From Neoconidiobolus thromboides FSU 785 (Eukaryota > Fungi > Entomophthoromycota): 64,000 nucleotides of DNA. The position numbers and the translations under genes are program-made. The notes below the pieces were generated by a model. It was not told where the DNA came from, searched no databases, and worked only from the letters and a program-made list of their open reading frames with translations. This document shows, piece by piece, positions 25,787 through 38,171 of this stretch. The number at the start of each line of letters is the position of its first letter. The stretch's first letter is position 1. The stretch is taken from contig MU626287.1 of NCBI GenBank assembly GCA_025603075.1, positions 92,361 to 156,360 of the forward strand, written 5' to 3'.

Positions 25787-26029
25787 ATTTAATATTAGTT
25801 TAAAGTTAAATACAAAAAATATTTCTATATATAAGCACTTATTGGTAGGAATTTAATAGAAGGTGTCGTAGTCATAAATTTAAACATATTTGAACCTATC
25901 AAAGCTAGCATTTTAAGTATTGATTATGGTGTTATTAAGTGAATATAAATTTTATTGATTTTATAAATTTAAAAGTTGAAAATTAACTTTTGGAAATTGT
26001 TTTTACTTTAGAATGTACTCCAAACATAT

Positions 26030-26127
26030 GGGGATGTATTTTTTTGTTTAAGAATTTTACTAACAATCTTTCTGCTCAAATAGCGCTTAAAAAGTGGAAA
26101 AGTAATGAAACCAAAAAAAACACTCCC
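26030..26127 (+). mobile_element. MITE-like element copy 8 (close to consensus)
   Basis: GGGGATGT...ACACTCCC; flanked by ATAT/ATAT. Confidence 0.92.
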
Positions 26128-26253
26128 ATATATTAATCTGTTTTTATTGGTGATAAAGATGTACTCTAATATTGAAACAGTTATATTTGAATTTGTTTAA
26201 ATAATTTAGGAGCATCAGAGATGGGAACAAAATAATAAGTGGAATTAACATAT

Positions 26254-26350
26254 GGGGATGTATTTTCGTGTTTAAGAATTTTACTAACAATTTCTCCACT
26301 CCAAATAACGCTTAAAAGATGGAAAAAGTGAAGCCAAAAATAACATCTTC
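26254..26350 (+). mobile_element. MITE-like element copy 9
   Basis: GGGGATGT...ACATCTTC; flanks ATAT/ATAC. Confidence 0.88.
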
Positions 26351-26773
26351 ATACGAATATATAGGAGCATTTTAAATTGATTGCAACTTACATAAATATG
26401 AATTGTTAATTAAAAAGAGTTTCGATAGACACTGTTTTTATGCCTTTATCTGTATCTATGATAATCACTTAGCTGTTATATAATGATTATTTCTCTTCTT
26501 TCACTTTTTAGATGGATCTGATGCTGTCCTTTTTTAATAACATTATTGAAAAATATAAACTTACAAGGGTAGACATTGGGTTTTGTAAGCTTTTTTAAAA
26601 ATTATAATTCAATTCTAGTTTTATAGCTTTTATTTACTTTATTATCAGTATAAAATCTATGTATACATTTTGTAAATAATATTTTCATTAAATTCTTTAT
26701 TTGATGTATGTTTCTGTTTGCACTTAATTTGAAATAGTACTTTATTTTACATGTAGTCTTCAGTTTATTATAC

Positions 26774-26871
26774 GGGGATGTGTTTTTGTGTTTAAAAATT
26801 TTACTAACAATTTTTCCGCTCAAATAGCGCTTAAAAATGGAAAAAATAATGAAGTCAAAAAAAACACTCCC
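26774..26871 (+). mobile_element. MITE-like element copy 10
   Basis: GGGGATGT...ACACTCCC; flanks ATAC/ATAT. Confidence 0.9.
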
Positions 26872-27207
26872 ATATATTATTGAAAAAATAATAGTTACTT
26901 TAGTTTAAAGTTCTTTTTTTAAATCTCTATCTGGTATATACCAATTTTACTTTTATTTTCAAGGGAACAAGTAGAGTTATTTAGAGTCACTAATATAGTT
27001 TTAGTTCTTTCTTAGCTTGCTAGTTCAATTTACTTATTACTTATTACTTATTGAAGTTGTCGAAAATAAAATCTAATAAAGTTTTCAACTTTTCTTTAGA
27101 AAAGGGAATAGACATGATTTATTTTTGACAAATAAAATTCCAAATAAAACTCTTAAATTAAATTCAAACTTAAATTTCCTGAAAATCGCAATCTTTTTTT
27201 AAAAAAA

Positions 27208-28086
27208 ATGGCACCAAAATCAAAACCAAGTCAAGAAGTAAAGATAGACGAAGTATTTTACTACATCCCTAATATAATAGGTAACGATCATTATCATAAA
27301 AGCGAATCTCTTAACACAATTGGACCCTTTATTAGGTTACACTCGGATATTGTTAGTCGGCATTTCATTATATTACATGAAGGGCAATCCATTAGTGTTT
27401 GCAATCAGTTACATGATATCATGTGCTTTGGATGCTTTAGATGGCTTCGCAGCCAGGTATTTTAATCAGTGTTCTAAGTTTGGAGCAGTTTTAGATATGG
27501 TTACTGACCGTTGTACAACTACTTGCTTATTGTGTTATTTAGCAGCGGTTTATGAACCATATTCAATCTTTTTCCAGTTTTTAATCTCCCTAGATATTTC
27601 TTCCCACTATATGCATATGTATAGGTAAATGGTTTTTTATATTCTTAGGTTTTAGAGTAGTGTTTATTGTGTTTTTTATAGTTCTCTTACGTCTGGCGCC
27701 ACCTCTCATAAACAAGTGGATGAAAACCAGAATTTTTTATTGAGGGCGTATTATCATAATAAGGTAATTGAACTTTATTTATATTATGTATTTGATTAAG
27801 ACAAAATAGGTCGTATTATTTTTAGTATGCGGTTTTAATGAATTGTTTTTCGTGGGACTATATTTAATGCACGAAGACCAATATTCCGCATGTAAGTTTA
27901 TAATTATTTTCAATTAAAGCACTATATTTATATATTCTTTGATTAGATAATTACTTATATTACTGGTTAACTTGTTCTATGGCCCCCTTTTTTATTTTTA
28001 AAAACGTCCTTAATGTTATTCAATTCATGGAAGCATCCAAAAGTTTGGCTAGGGTGGACGTTATCGAACGTTCAAAGAAAAATTAA
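27208..28086 (+). CDS. PIS1: CDP-diacylglycerol-inositol 3-phosphatidyltransferase (phosphatidylinositol synthase), ~5 exons
   Basis: VFYYIPNIIG|YTRI...LDALDGFAARYFNQCSKFGAVLDMVTDR CDP-alcohol phosphotransferase motif, SHYMHMY, and a later SGATSHK exon. Confidence 0.95.
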
Positions 28087-28416
28087 TTTTTATTTTAAAA
28101 ACATTATTTTAATACTCTTCTATTTTTATTGTTTGTTGCTTATTTTAAATTATAGTTTGTAATTATAAATCAGAGACAAATAAAGATAACTATATGGTAT
28201 ATATTTAAAATTTAGTTTTTTATATTATTGAATAATCAAAAATTAGATTATTATAAAATAAAATAATCGCTAAAATGGTGGGAAAATAAAATTCGCGTTC
28301 AACTACTCTATATTACATTATATTATACAATGATAGCTGTCTTTTGCATTACATTTATGCATTAAGTAACACAAAATTTAAAGTTAAAAAAGAGTTAAGT
28401 GAACTTTTTAAATAGA

Positions 28417-29441
28417 ATGGATGAAAAAATACGACAAAATATAGAAGCGCAGTATGAATACTTTCACTATTCCAAAAACTATTGTGAAGAAAATATATAC
28501 CAATTAATCCGAAGTCTAAAGCACTATTTTGAGCAGGACTCATTTTTTAATCAACTGACCCCCTTTTTTTATCCTACATTTGTCATCAATCCTTGGAATA
28601 AGGTATAATTGAATTGTTTGATTAATTTGAAATTGGTTTTAATTTTTAGTGTAACAACGTTTATATTAATATCCAAATATTTCACTAGGTCCCCATATGG
28701 AAACAAAAGTTAGCAGCTGAACCAAATTTACCAATAATCTGGGTAAAGTATCACATTTAAGTTAATTATAGAGATATTTCAAAGGTATATTAAACGGTTC
28801 TTTTAACACTACAGGATTATCATGTAATATTAATACTTATATTAGAGAATGAAGAAGAGTAAGGATTATATTATTGAATACTGAAAACTAGTCTAAGATC
28901 AATTTTAGGAGATATAGTTACATTTTGGATTTCGATACAACATTACCTTTTATTACCAGTTTTAATGAGTATTTCAACGCTTGCTTTCATGCTTTTAAAA
29001 CAGAAAGCTTCGAGTTAAAAAGGTATATTTATTGTATGACTTTTTTTGTATTTTTTAATTCATAAATCAGATTCTATAGAGTTATAAACGAAACAAATTT
29101 TCTGAATTATTTTGCAAGCGATCGAAGTCATATGGTAGGGCTTGTTAACGATAATGATGAATACTAAATAACATGATCTTTAGATTTTTAACGACGAGTA
29201 TATCGTTAAGCCGCCAAGCTACGAACCTATCACTAATCAAGGTAATAATTATTTGTTTTTTGTTATCAAGTTAGAATAATGGTTTTTCTTTTTAGAATAT
29301 ACTAATAATTTAAATTATTATACGCAATTCAATGAAGAAGATCTACATAACGTAGAAATGAATAATGGAAGCTCTTTAATTCATTTTAAATTTGGATTAA
29401 TCTTTGATGAAGCTTTGTTTGCCAATTTGAGTTTTCATTAA
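28417..29441 (+). CDS. NTAQ1: Protein N-terminal glutamine amidohydrolase (NTAQ1/WDYHV1-type), ~6 exons
   Basis: Spliced motifs YCEEN, VPIWKQK, IW|DYHVIL, ILDFDTTLPF and FASDRSHM; the Cys/His/Asp triad motifs are present. Confidence 0.92.
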
Positions 29442-30047
29442 ATAAAATAAACTAATAGATTACGTTGTAATTCTTTAATTGCAAAATTATTAACACTTTA
29501 AGTAATAAATTCAGTGTTATCTAATCCTCTTCTTAATATATTAGTTAATATTTTAAGTAAGAATTTATTTATACTTTGTTTAATATTATCTTAATTAAAG
29601 TTGAAAGTGTTTTATTTAATTTTATGCATTTCGTTTAATTTATGAAATAGTTTCCACTATTTTAAGATTATTGTTTCACTTTATGTAGATGAAATAACCT
29701 TATTAAACTTTACATTTTTACTTTCATCTTATCATAACTAAATATTCAATAGTATTAAAACTATAAAATAATATTTTTAGAGTTTATGATGAGTTTATTA
29801 TGAATAAGTAAATGTCTTGACAATGGTGAGTTGTGATAGAGATGATGAGTATTGTGAAAGCTCAAGGTAATAGAAAATGATGAGCATTGTAGGTTGTAGG
29901 AAAGAGTTTGTAATTAAAGTATTTTGGATTACAAAGTAGAGGGGATCGTAGTTAAGAGTACTTAGGTTTAGGTAGAAGAGATCATGTTTAAGGTGTTTTA
30001 GGTTATGAAGTAGATTTTACCATATTTAAAAACTGTAAATTCGAAAT

Positions 30048-30950
30048 TCAAGGTGTTAAACGATTGGTAAAGATAGGGAAAGGGAGTGCTTTTGGATCAG
30101 GTGCACGTCGGAAAGTGGGGCCTGCATATGGCACATTTTGAATAGGCTTTGGTTTCGATATAGCCATATTTGGAGTTGGGATCATCAAATTCATCAATAA
30201 ATGAGAAGCCATGTCAAGGTCTTGTTCGAATTTCGAAGGACTTACATTCGAGTTGGAATCTTCAAAATCTGCTTTCGCTTTATCAGTCTTTGGATAGGCC
30301 TGTGAATCAGAATGATAATCTAAGTTAAGATCAACAACTGGAGATAATGAACTAGTCAAATTAGTTCTTGGTTTACCCAATACTAATGCATCTAATAATA
30401 AATTAGAGCTAGATTCTTTGGTTACTCTCTTCTGAATTTGTATACTTCCAGGAACTAATTCTGGAGCTTTCGATGAAGGAGCAGTTTTCCTACGATGAAC
30501 TTTCGAATTGTTTTGGTTCTTATTATCTTTCTGATTTGGATTGTTGGCTTTGTTTCTATGTCTATTAGTAGAAACAAGTAGATTTGATTGCGTTGCTGAT
30601 GGCGTACTTAAAGAGTTACGTCTTTGCTCAAGTTTGAATCCTTTATTTACTAAAGGATTATTTTTGTTGTCGATTGAATTGACTTTGATTTGTGGAACTG
30701 GGGATGGCAAAGATCTATGCTTTTGATTAACAGGTTTTCCTTTTAGCTTGATAGCTGGGCCATTAGGCTGCCTTATTCTCTCTTTCTGATTAGGGTGTTG
30801 AGAATGGGAAGATTTAATGTTAGCTGGGCCGGAGTTAAAGCCACTGTTAAAATTAGTTTTGGATTTGAGAGCCATTGTTGATACGTTTATGTCTTGTAAA
30901 AAATTTGAGTTGTAATTGATAGTTAAAGTCGCTTTAAAATTTTTAATCAT
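30048..30950 (-). CDS. Disordered protein with a C-terminal PNRC/Edc1-type motif (putative decapping activator)
   Basis: 300-aa low-complexity ORF ending YAGPTFRRAPDPKALPFP, matching the YAG-x-x-F...P-x-P-x-x-LP-x-P motif of PNRC/Edc1/Edc2 proteins. Confidence 0.7.
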   Translation of the reverse strand: MIKNFKATLTINYNSNFLQDINVSTMALKSKTNFNSGFNSGPANIKSSHSQHPNQKERIRQPNGPAIKLKGKPVNQKHRSLPSPVPQIKVNSIDNKNNPLVNKGFKLEQRRNSLSTPSATQSNLLVSTNRHRNKANNPNQKDNKNQNNSKVHRRKTAPSSKAPELVPGSIQIQKRVTKESSSNLLLDALVLGKPRTNLTSSLSPVVDLNLDYHSDSQAYPKTDKAKADFEDSNSNVSPSKFEQDLDMASHLLMNLMIPTPNMAISKPKPIQNVPYAGPTFRRAPDPKALPFPIFTNRLTP

Positions 30951-33050
30951 AAGAAACTTGATCTTATTTAAGGGCCAATATATACTAAGCGCGATTGAAG
31001 TGATTATAACCTTAAGGGAGTTACTTGAGAGAGCTTAGGACTGTGCAGTTAAATAATTTTAATCAAAGAATATCTTTGTTATAAAAAGGTTCACCAATAG
31101 TAATATAAACAAAAGAGAACGAGAGGTTAATGTATTTAATTATATTACGAATATAAATAAAGGTGAATTAAAAAAGAAACTAAATAAAACACGAACTTGG
31201 AAAATTAAAAATTTACAGATAAACAAAAGAAATAAATTTTTCCATAAGGCTGATTTTCTTTTTTATACGTTTGTTAACTACCTATTAAATGGTGGTTGAT
31301 CACCCTATCATTGGCTTAACTAAGTTAATGTTCCTATACCCATCTAATAAAAACGGAAATATATGATTATGGCTAATTTTGATTGGACAAGGGTCAAATA
31401 AGCACTTTATAAGCACACCACCCCCTATCCCCACTTGATTGGTGATGAAATATGCTATAAAAATCAATTACCTTAAGCTTAAGCCATAAATTAAACAATT
31501 GGCCAAATAATTAGGCCTAGGTATCCAATCAATAGAGTCAAAACTAGGCAATTAATTAAAGTATTATAATTGATATATTTATTTTCTAAAAACAACACTC
31601 ACCTCATGTCATACGTTATTTTACTATTTACTCTAAAAGCTAAAGTGAAGTTAAATAATAACCAAAAGCTGTTAGAGTGACCCTTTTACATTATAATATT
31701 TTTTAAGATGGGGTGCTTTTTTATATTTTGTTAATATTGGTTTAAGGGTTTAAAAATTAGTGTAAAACAAGGAAATCTTCTCAAACTAAAACAAATTAAG
31801 TTAGATGAAACAGCTAATTTGACTTTAATGGTTGGTTACCTTGTATAGGGGCCTTAGTAGAAATTGTCTACAAATAGCTTTTTTTCACTTCGCTTTCATG
31901 ACTCGAAATGAATGTTTTCATATGCTGTGGCATTATGATTTAAATTTTATAGGCTGATTAATTTAATTGTTACTATAAAAAATGACTTATGCCATAGTTA
32001 ATTAAAGCTCAAAGAACCCGCTTTTATTATCCAAATTATAAAGTTTTATATAAATGAATTTCATAGTTAAATAAGAGTAAACAATTATAATATAAAATGT
32101 ATCTTAAATTATAAAATGATCGAAACTGATAAAAAATAACAATTTTTTAATAAATTTTAATTAAAACTATTCAGGCTAAAACTATTGATATTACAGTTTA
32201 AAACATGTGAACTATTAAATAGAATTTAAATAAGCCTCAAAAAGTAGTAATAGGGACGAAATTGCATTATAGTGATCTCTTTAAAGCAGGAATTAGCTCC
32301 GAATTTGCATTTTTTGAAAATTTAATAAAACAGCGTCTAGATACATCATTTAATATATTTAGTAACTTATTTTATCGTTTATATTATGATATTTGAAACT
32401 ACTTACCTCTGTATAAATAGATAATTGCTTTGTAACTATATGTCTATTTATAAAGAGCTTTTAAGATATATAGCTTTAGGTTTAATTTATGAATTTGGTC
32501 AAAGTCAAGTTGAACTAAACTCTAATTATAAACCAAATACACAATAAACAGTGTAATATACAATTTTTAATAAAGGTACTGAAAAAAGTGCGAATAGGTA
32601 CTTTTTTAACACAGTTCAAAACGGCTTGTTAGATCCTTTTTTAGAACTGAAGAAATGCTATTACTCGACAAAAGATGTTCTTGAATTCCAATATGGTATT
32701 GTAATATATATAATAAAGCTAGTTTTATATGATAAGTTTATTTTATATCAAAGTCTTTACTCCGCATTATGTTAGTACTGAAAATAATATTGTGAATTTA
32801 AATAGTTAGAGTTTGATTAGAGTCATAATCATTCGATGAAAATAAGATTAATGTTTAATCAAGTTGCTTATGGATACGAATGGAAGGAGTATAATATTGA
32901 ATTAAAAAGAGGATGAAGAGTCAACATAGTCACAAGTGTGGGTAGCCACGTGCTGCATAACAATTATCCAGCTACCCCTGAAAAGAGATTAGATAGCACA
33001 ATTGACATCTATCATAGATATCCATTGTAGTTAAAGATCCTAATACACAT

Positions 33051-33144
33051 GGGGTGTTTTTTTTTACTTCATTCCTTTTTCCATCTTTTAAGTGCTATTT
33101 TGGTAGAAAAATTGTAAGATTCTTAAATACAAAAACACAACCAC
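33051..33144 (-). mobile_element. MITE-like element copy 11
   Basis: GGGGTGTTTT...ACACAACCAC; flanks ACAT/AGAT; interrupts a decayed ORF. Confidence 0.8.
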
Positions 33145-33148
33145 AGAT

Positions 33149-33800
33149 CATTCCATTCCTCATCACATCCAATATGTCTACGGCATTTTTATGCTTAACA
33201 CTAATATTACGTATAATATCAATTAGGCAATCAACTATTTGTAAATCGCTATATTTTAATGAATAAATTTTCAATTTTTTATTGAGCTCCCTTATTTTTT
33301 CAATATTAATCAACTCACATATGAGTATTGTAATAATGCCATCTATATGGGTATATAATCCAATTTCGCCAGTGTTAGTAGAAGACACTATAAGTGAAAT
33401 GCTTTTCGATTTGCTATTTCAAAGGATATTTTTTTTAAATCTTTTAGTAATAATTGAATCAACCGTTATGTTACCATAAACATGTAGTACCTCTTTGTTA
33501 GTATATTTTACTAATCAAAACGATTCCTTGAAACACTGTAAAAAAGCTAAAAGATCGTCAAAACCAGTCATGTATTTAATGATATTAGTTGTTATTTAAT
33601 CAAATAAATTGTTGAATAAGTATTTAGATGATAAATTTATTGAATTTTTTTCAATATACGTTCCTAGACTTACTTCAATTGAATTTCATGAGAGTGTAGA
33701 AACAGAATTCATTTGCTTTCGTAAGATTTTTAAGTTTTCAATAGTGATATTCTTATAAAGTATACATTACTTTATGAGTTTAAAGCATCTATTAAAGTGT
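33149..33800 (-). pseudogene. Probable decayed protein-coding relic
   Basis: Protein-like frame (..SSTNTGEIGLYTHIDGIITILICELINIEKIREL..) with in-frame stops upstream; the 3' part runs into MITE copy 11. No family recognised. Confidence 0.3.
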
Positions 33801-34323
33801 AAAGCCAGCTAATTAAAATAGAACGAGAACAGTTCAAAAATTGGCTATTAGGCTGATTTGCTTCTTAAAATACAGTACATAATGACTGAAAAATGGTTTG
33901 AGTGCTTATATAGAATTTACAAATTATCATGGTTTGAGAAGAAAACATCAAATTAAATAAAACATCTGATAACTATAATATACTGTTGATATAATTCTAT
34001 TATATAGTTGATGAGCTCATTTTCTCTAAATCCTTGTATCTATATGACCGAATTTTTAGTTAGTTTATTTTTTTTATAACAAACTATACATATTTTACCT
34101 TTTTATTTTATTGAATATACCTCTTCTCGAGTTATGATAAAATTTTAAATTTATTATAAGCACTCAAATCATTTTTTAGCCCACTATAAATTTAGAACAA
34201 GAAAAAAAATCAGAATCAGCAAGAATTTAATTTCTTTACAAATTTACGATTCAATCAAACTTTTACGCCATACAAATTTAAACTAAGCCACTTTAAACTT
34301 TGTTAACTTTTTAACTAATTTTG

Positions 34324-37300
34324 ATGAGTCAAGTATCGACAGAAAAAAATGAAGAATCCGTTAGAAGAAGTAATAGCTTAAGGCCTCCTTCACCAACCTC
34401 AAGTATAAAATCGGAAAATAGTAAACAGCCTTTAGAATGTAACATAACTAAATAGCTTTATCTTAACATCAAACTCATAATACTATTCTTAGTTCTAGAA
34501 GATCCTATGATTTCCTATCGAATGCTTGAAGCCTTACGAAAAGGTTAGTTACTATAATAAAAAATTATGTTTATACTAAACTATTAAGGCGACGAAAACT
34601 CTATTGCAGGCATATGGACTTCATGGCCTAAAGAGATAAATCTCCCAAACCAACCAGCAAAGAAAGCATTTACTACCCCTTTACATTTGGCGGTTACAGG
34701 TGCTACCGTGGAGATAAACAAATTTGTTATAACCAATTTGAAAGGAATTAATATCAACCAGCAAGATGTAGATGGTAATACTCCTCTTCACCTAGCTTCA
34801 AAGGGTGGAAGGAGAGACGTTATTGAACTTTTATTGAGGTTTGAAGAGATGGATGATACAATAGTTAACTTTGCAGGGCATACTGCATTTGATTTGGCTA
34901 AGAATGAACATGTCAAAAATTATTTTATAGGTACTTTAGAGTTTTTTTATTTTGAAAAATACTAAATATTTTTAGCTCGTCGTCAAGAATTTATTGCTGA
35001 AAAAACTCAGTTTTTAAACCATCACTTATCTCAGCCAACACAAGCCAATGTGACTGCTATAGTTCATTTCTTTGCCGAGAACAAACGTTCAAAACTTTTA
35101 GATATTAACCATCGTCATCCAACAACTGGTTCAACTATACTTCATCAAGCTGTTTCCATTGGTGATGCAAAGGTTGTATCTCAACTTTTAAAAATGGGTG
35201 GAAATGTATTTGCAAGAGACAAAAGAGGAAAGAGCCCAAGTGATTTAGCTAGAGATGAAAACGTAAAAGATATTTTAAGAAGAGAAACCTCAAGCTCAGT
35301 GGTAGCTTCGGATCCAGATCAGCTACCTCGTCTTGAAGGACAGCTTAAAAAATGGACTAATTATGCAGGAGGCTATAAAGCCCGTTGGTTTAAGTTAGAA
35401 AATGGATGTTTAACGTATTATAAAAGTGAGGAGGATACTAACAATGCTGTTAGGGGTGCTCTGAATCTTGCCAATTCTCAACTTTGGATCGACTCTTCAG
35501 ATCCACAAAAATTCGAGATAACAGGACGTGATAAAACAAAATTTGCTCTAAGAGCAAGTATGTTAGAGGAAGCTAAAATGTGGATTTTAGCTATTACTCA
35601 AAGTAAGGAGTATTTTAAAAAGCATCCAGACGGTCAACTGAACCCTACTGAAACTATTTTACCTGTTAATCATGGTCATCAGCTTGGGAATGAAAGTTCT
35701 TCTACAGTTACTAATGAAGTCAATCAAATCCCTGAAAGCTCCCCTAAAAAACAAGTGAGTATCCTTACAAGATCGAATTCTGTTGATAGTTTAAATTATG
35801 AGCCTCCACCAACTGAAGAAAATGTAACAATGTCAATTAATTCAGCAAATACGCAATTCGATCTTCATTCAAGGTTATTAGATATGTTAAAAAATTCATT
35901 GACGTCTCCAGGTACTAAACTAGAAGACCATCTTGGACTTATTTCTACTTTGAATCAATGCTTAAATTCATTAAATGTATTGAACACAGATACAATTCAA
36001 ATGTTGCAAAAAAGAGAAGAACACTATCGTTTACTTTATGAAAAAGAGTCCAAGCGGAATAGTTTATGGACTGAAAGCTTACAAGCTTTGGCTAAGGAAC
36101 ATCATCATCTTGTGGAACTTTATCAAGAACAACAAGCTCAAGGTACTAAAAGCAGCAAAGTCACAGCTAATTTAGCAGGGAATAATAGCCAGAATGCCCA
36201 CGAAGATACTATTGAAACGGCTGAAGGCAATGGGATGAATGAAGACGAGCGTGAAGAAGAGGATGAGGATGATGAGGATGAGTTCTTTGATTTGGATGAT
36301 CAAGTGCCTATGGGTCAGGAGAGAGTTGATGATAATGAGATAGGTGAAGATAATGAAGAAAACACTAGAGCTATTGATGAAATTGAATTAGAAGAAATTC
36401 AAGTTGGAGAAGAAAAAGTTGTACGAGCGCCAATTAAGAGGTCATATAAGGGATATCCAAAGGATGGATCATTTCGAACTGGGCTGCCAAAGTTTAACTC
36501 GGGTACTCAGCCGCCTGCTGTTTCCTTATGGTCTGTTCTTAAGAATGCTATTGGAAAGGATCTTACTAAGATATCGCTTCCAGTCCATTTCAATGAACCA
36601 AGCTCCATGTTACAAAGAATGGCAGAAGATATGGAATATTCCATGTTATTAGATTTGGCTTCAAAACAAGCGGGTGACGGTTCTGAAAGATTACTATGGG
36701 TTACTGCATTCGCTATGTCTAACTATTCTTCCACTGATGGGCGTATTGCTAAACCTTTTAATCCGCTTTTGGTAATTTTATTATAACTTTAGTAATGAAT
36801 TTTGTTTTAATCATGTTTTAGGGAGAAACTTTTGAATATGCTCGCCCAGATAGAGGTTATAGATATATATCAGAACAAGTTAGTCATCATCCGGTAATTT
36901 ATTTTCAAATTAAATTAAATTAAATCAAATCAAATTAAATTTACTTATTATTTATTTAGCCAATAAGCGCATGCTATTGTGAGTCGCCAAATTATATATT
37001 CTACTCAGAAGTAGATGTCAAATCAAACTTTTGGGGTAAATCCTATGAACTTTTACCACAAGGTGTATGCCATGTATATTTAGTTTCAGCAGATAAAAAA
37101 ACAGTAGAACATTATACTTGGAAAAAAGTAACCACTGCCATAACAAATTTAATTGTCGGTAATCCAACGATTGAACATTATGGTGAAATGGAGGTGATTA
37201 ACCACTCTACAAAAGCAGTGTGTAAATTGAATTTCAAACCAAATCGATGGCTTAGTAGTGAAAGACATGTTTTAGAAGGATCTGTTGTTGACAATAAAGG

Positions 37301-37916
37301 ACAACAACTATGGTCTTTAACAGGTGCATGGAATCAGCAATTAACAGCTACAAGGGTTGGGGGAGCGAGTGACAATGATACTACAGATTCTTTTGCTAAT
37401 GAAACAACGGATGTACCAGGGTCAAAATTAAGTAACTTTTTAGCAAATCCAAATTGTAGATCAACTGTCAAATTATGGAAACGATCACCGCCACCTAAAG
37501 AAAAGATCCCCTTTAAACTGACTCCATTTGCAGTTACTTTAAATGAAATGAGCCCAGATCTTGAAAAATTACTACCACCTACGGATTGTCGTCGTCGACC
37601 AGATCAAAGAGCTATGGAAGATGGGTTGTATGATTTAGGAAGTGAGGAAAAGAATCGATTGGAAGAAAAGCAGAGAGCTACACGTAAGGAAAGAGAAGCT
37701 AAACTTAAAGCAGCTTTAGAATCTAGTCCACCAAGCGAACATGATAGGATTCATAAGGAGTTGGGATATAAACCTGTATGGTTTGAAAAGGCTATTGATA
37801 AAGATACTAATGAAGGATATTGGAGATTTAATCATGGGTATTGGAAATTGCGCGAAAAGGCGGAAAGTGTGGATGAGGAACCTAATCGTTGGGAAGGAGT
37901 ACCTAGAATTTTTTAA
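34324..37916 (+). CDS. Oxysterol-binding protein-related protein with ankyrin repeats, PH domain, FFAT-like motif and ORD (Osh1/Osh2/Swh1 type)
   Basis: Ankyrin TPLHLA and GNTPLHLAS; PH domain [18 protein letters not shown]; EDEFFD acidic motif; [26 protein letters not shown]|GETFE, EQVSHHP|P, and [12 protein letters not shown]. Confidence 0.96.
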
Positions 37917-38171
37917 TTGAAAGCGTCAAAAAAGGTTTTGATTAAATATTTTAATTTTAGCGAGTGTTTTTAATTAATCATTTTAATTAAATAGTTAAGT
38001 TTAATTTATAAATTAATTACATGCTTTGAAATGTAGTTTAGTAATAACTTTATTTAATTTTTGTCTTTAAAAAAAATCATAACCCAATGCTTGACATATT
38101 AAACCATATTATAAGGTAAGATTCGTTCTAACTATTAGCTGATTCTCTATATAAAACTCTCTATAAATCAC

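Noticed and set aside
25690-26871. CRISPR-like repeat-spacer array
   Set aside because: The repeats are ~98 bp with TIRs and individual TSDs, the spacers vary from ~126 to ~423 bp, the context is eukaryotic and no cas genes are present.
29780-29890. Three ATGATGA box-C-like motifs suggesting C/D snoRNAs
   Set aside because: No CTGA box D at a suitable distance; more likely 3'UTR sequence of the minus-strand gene.
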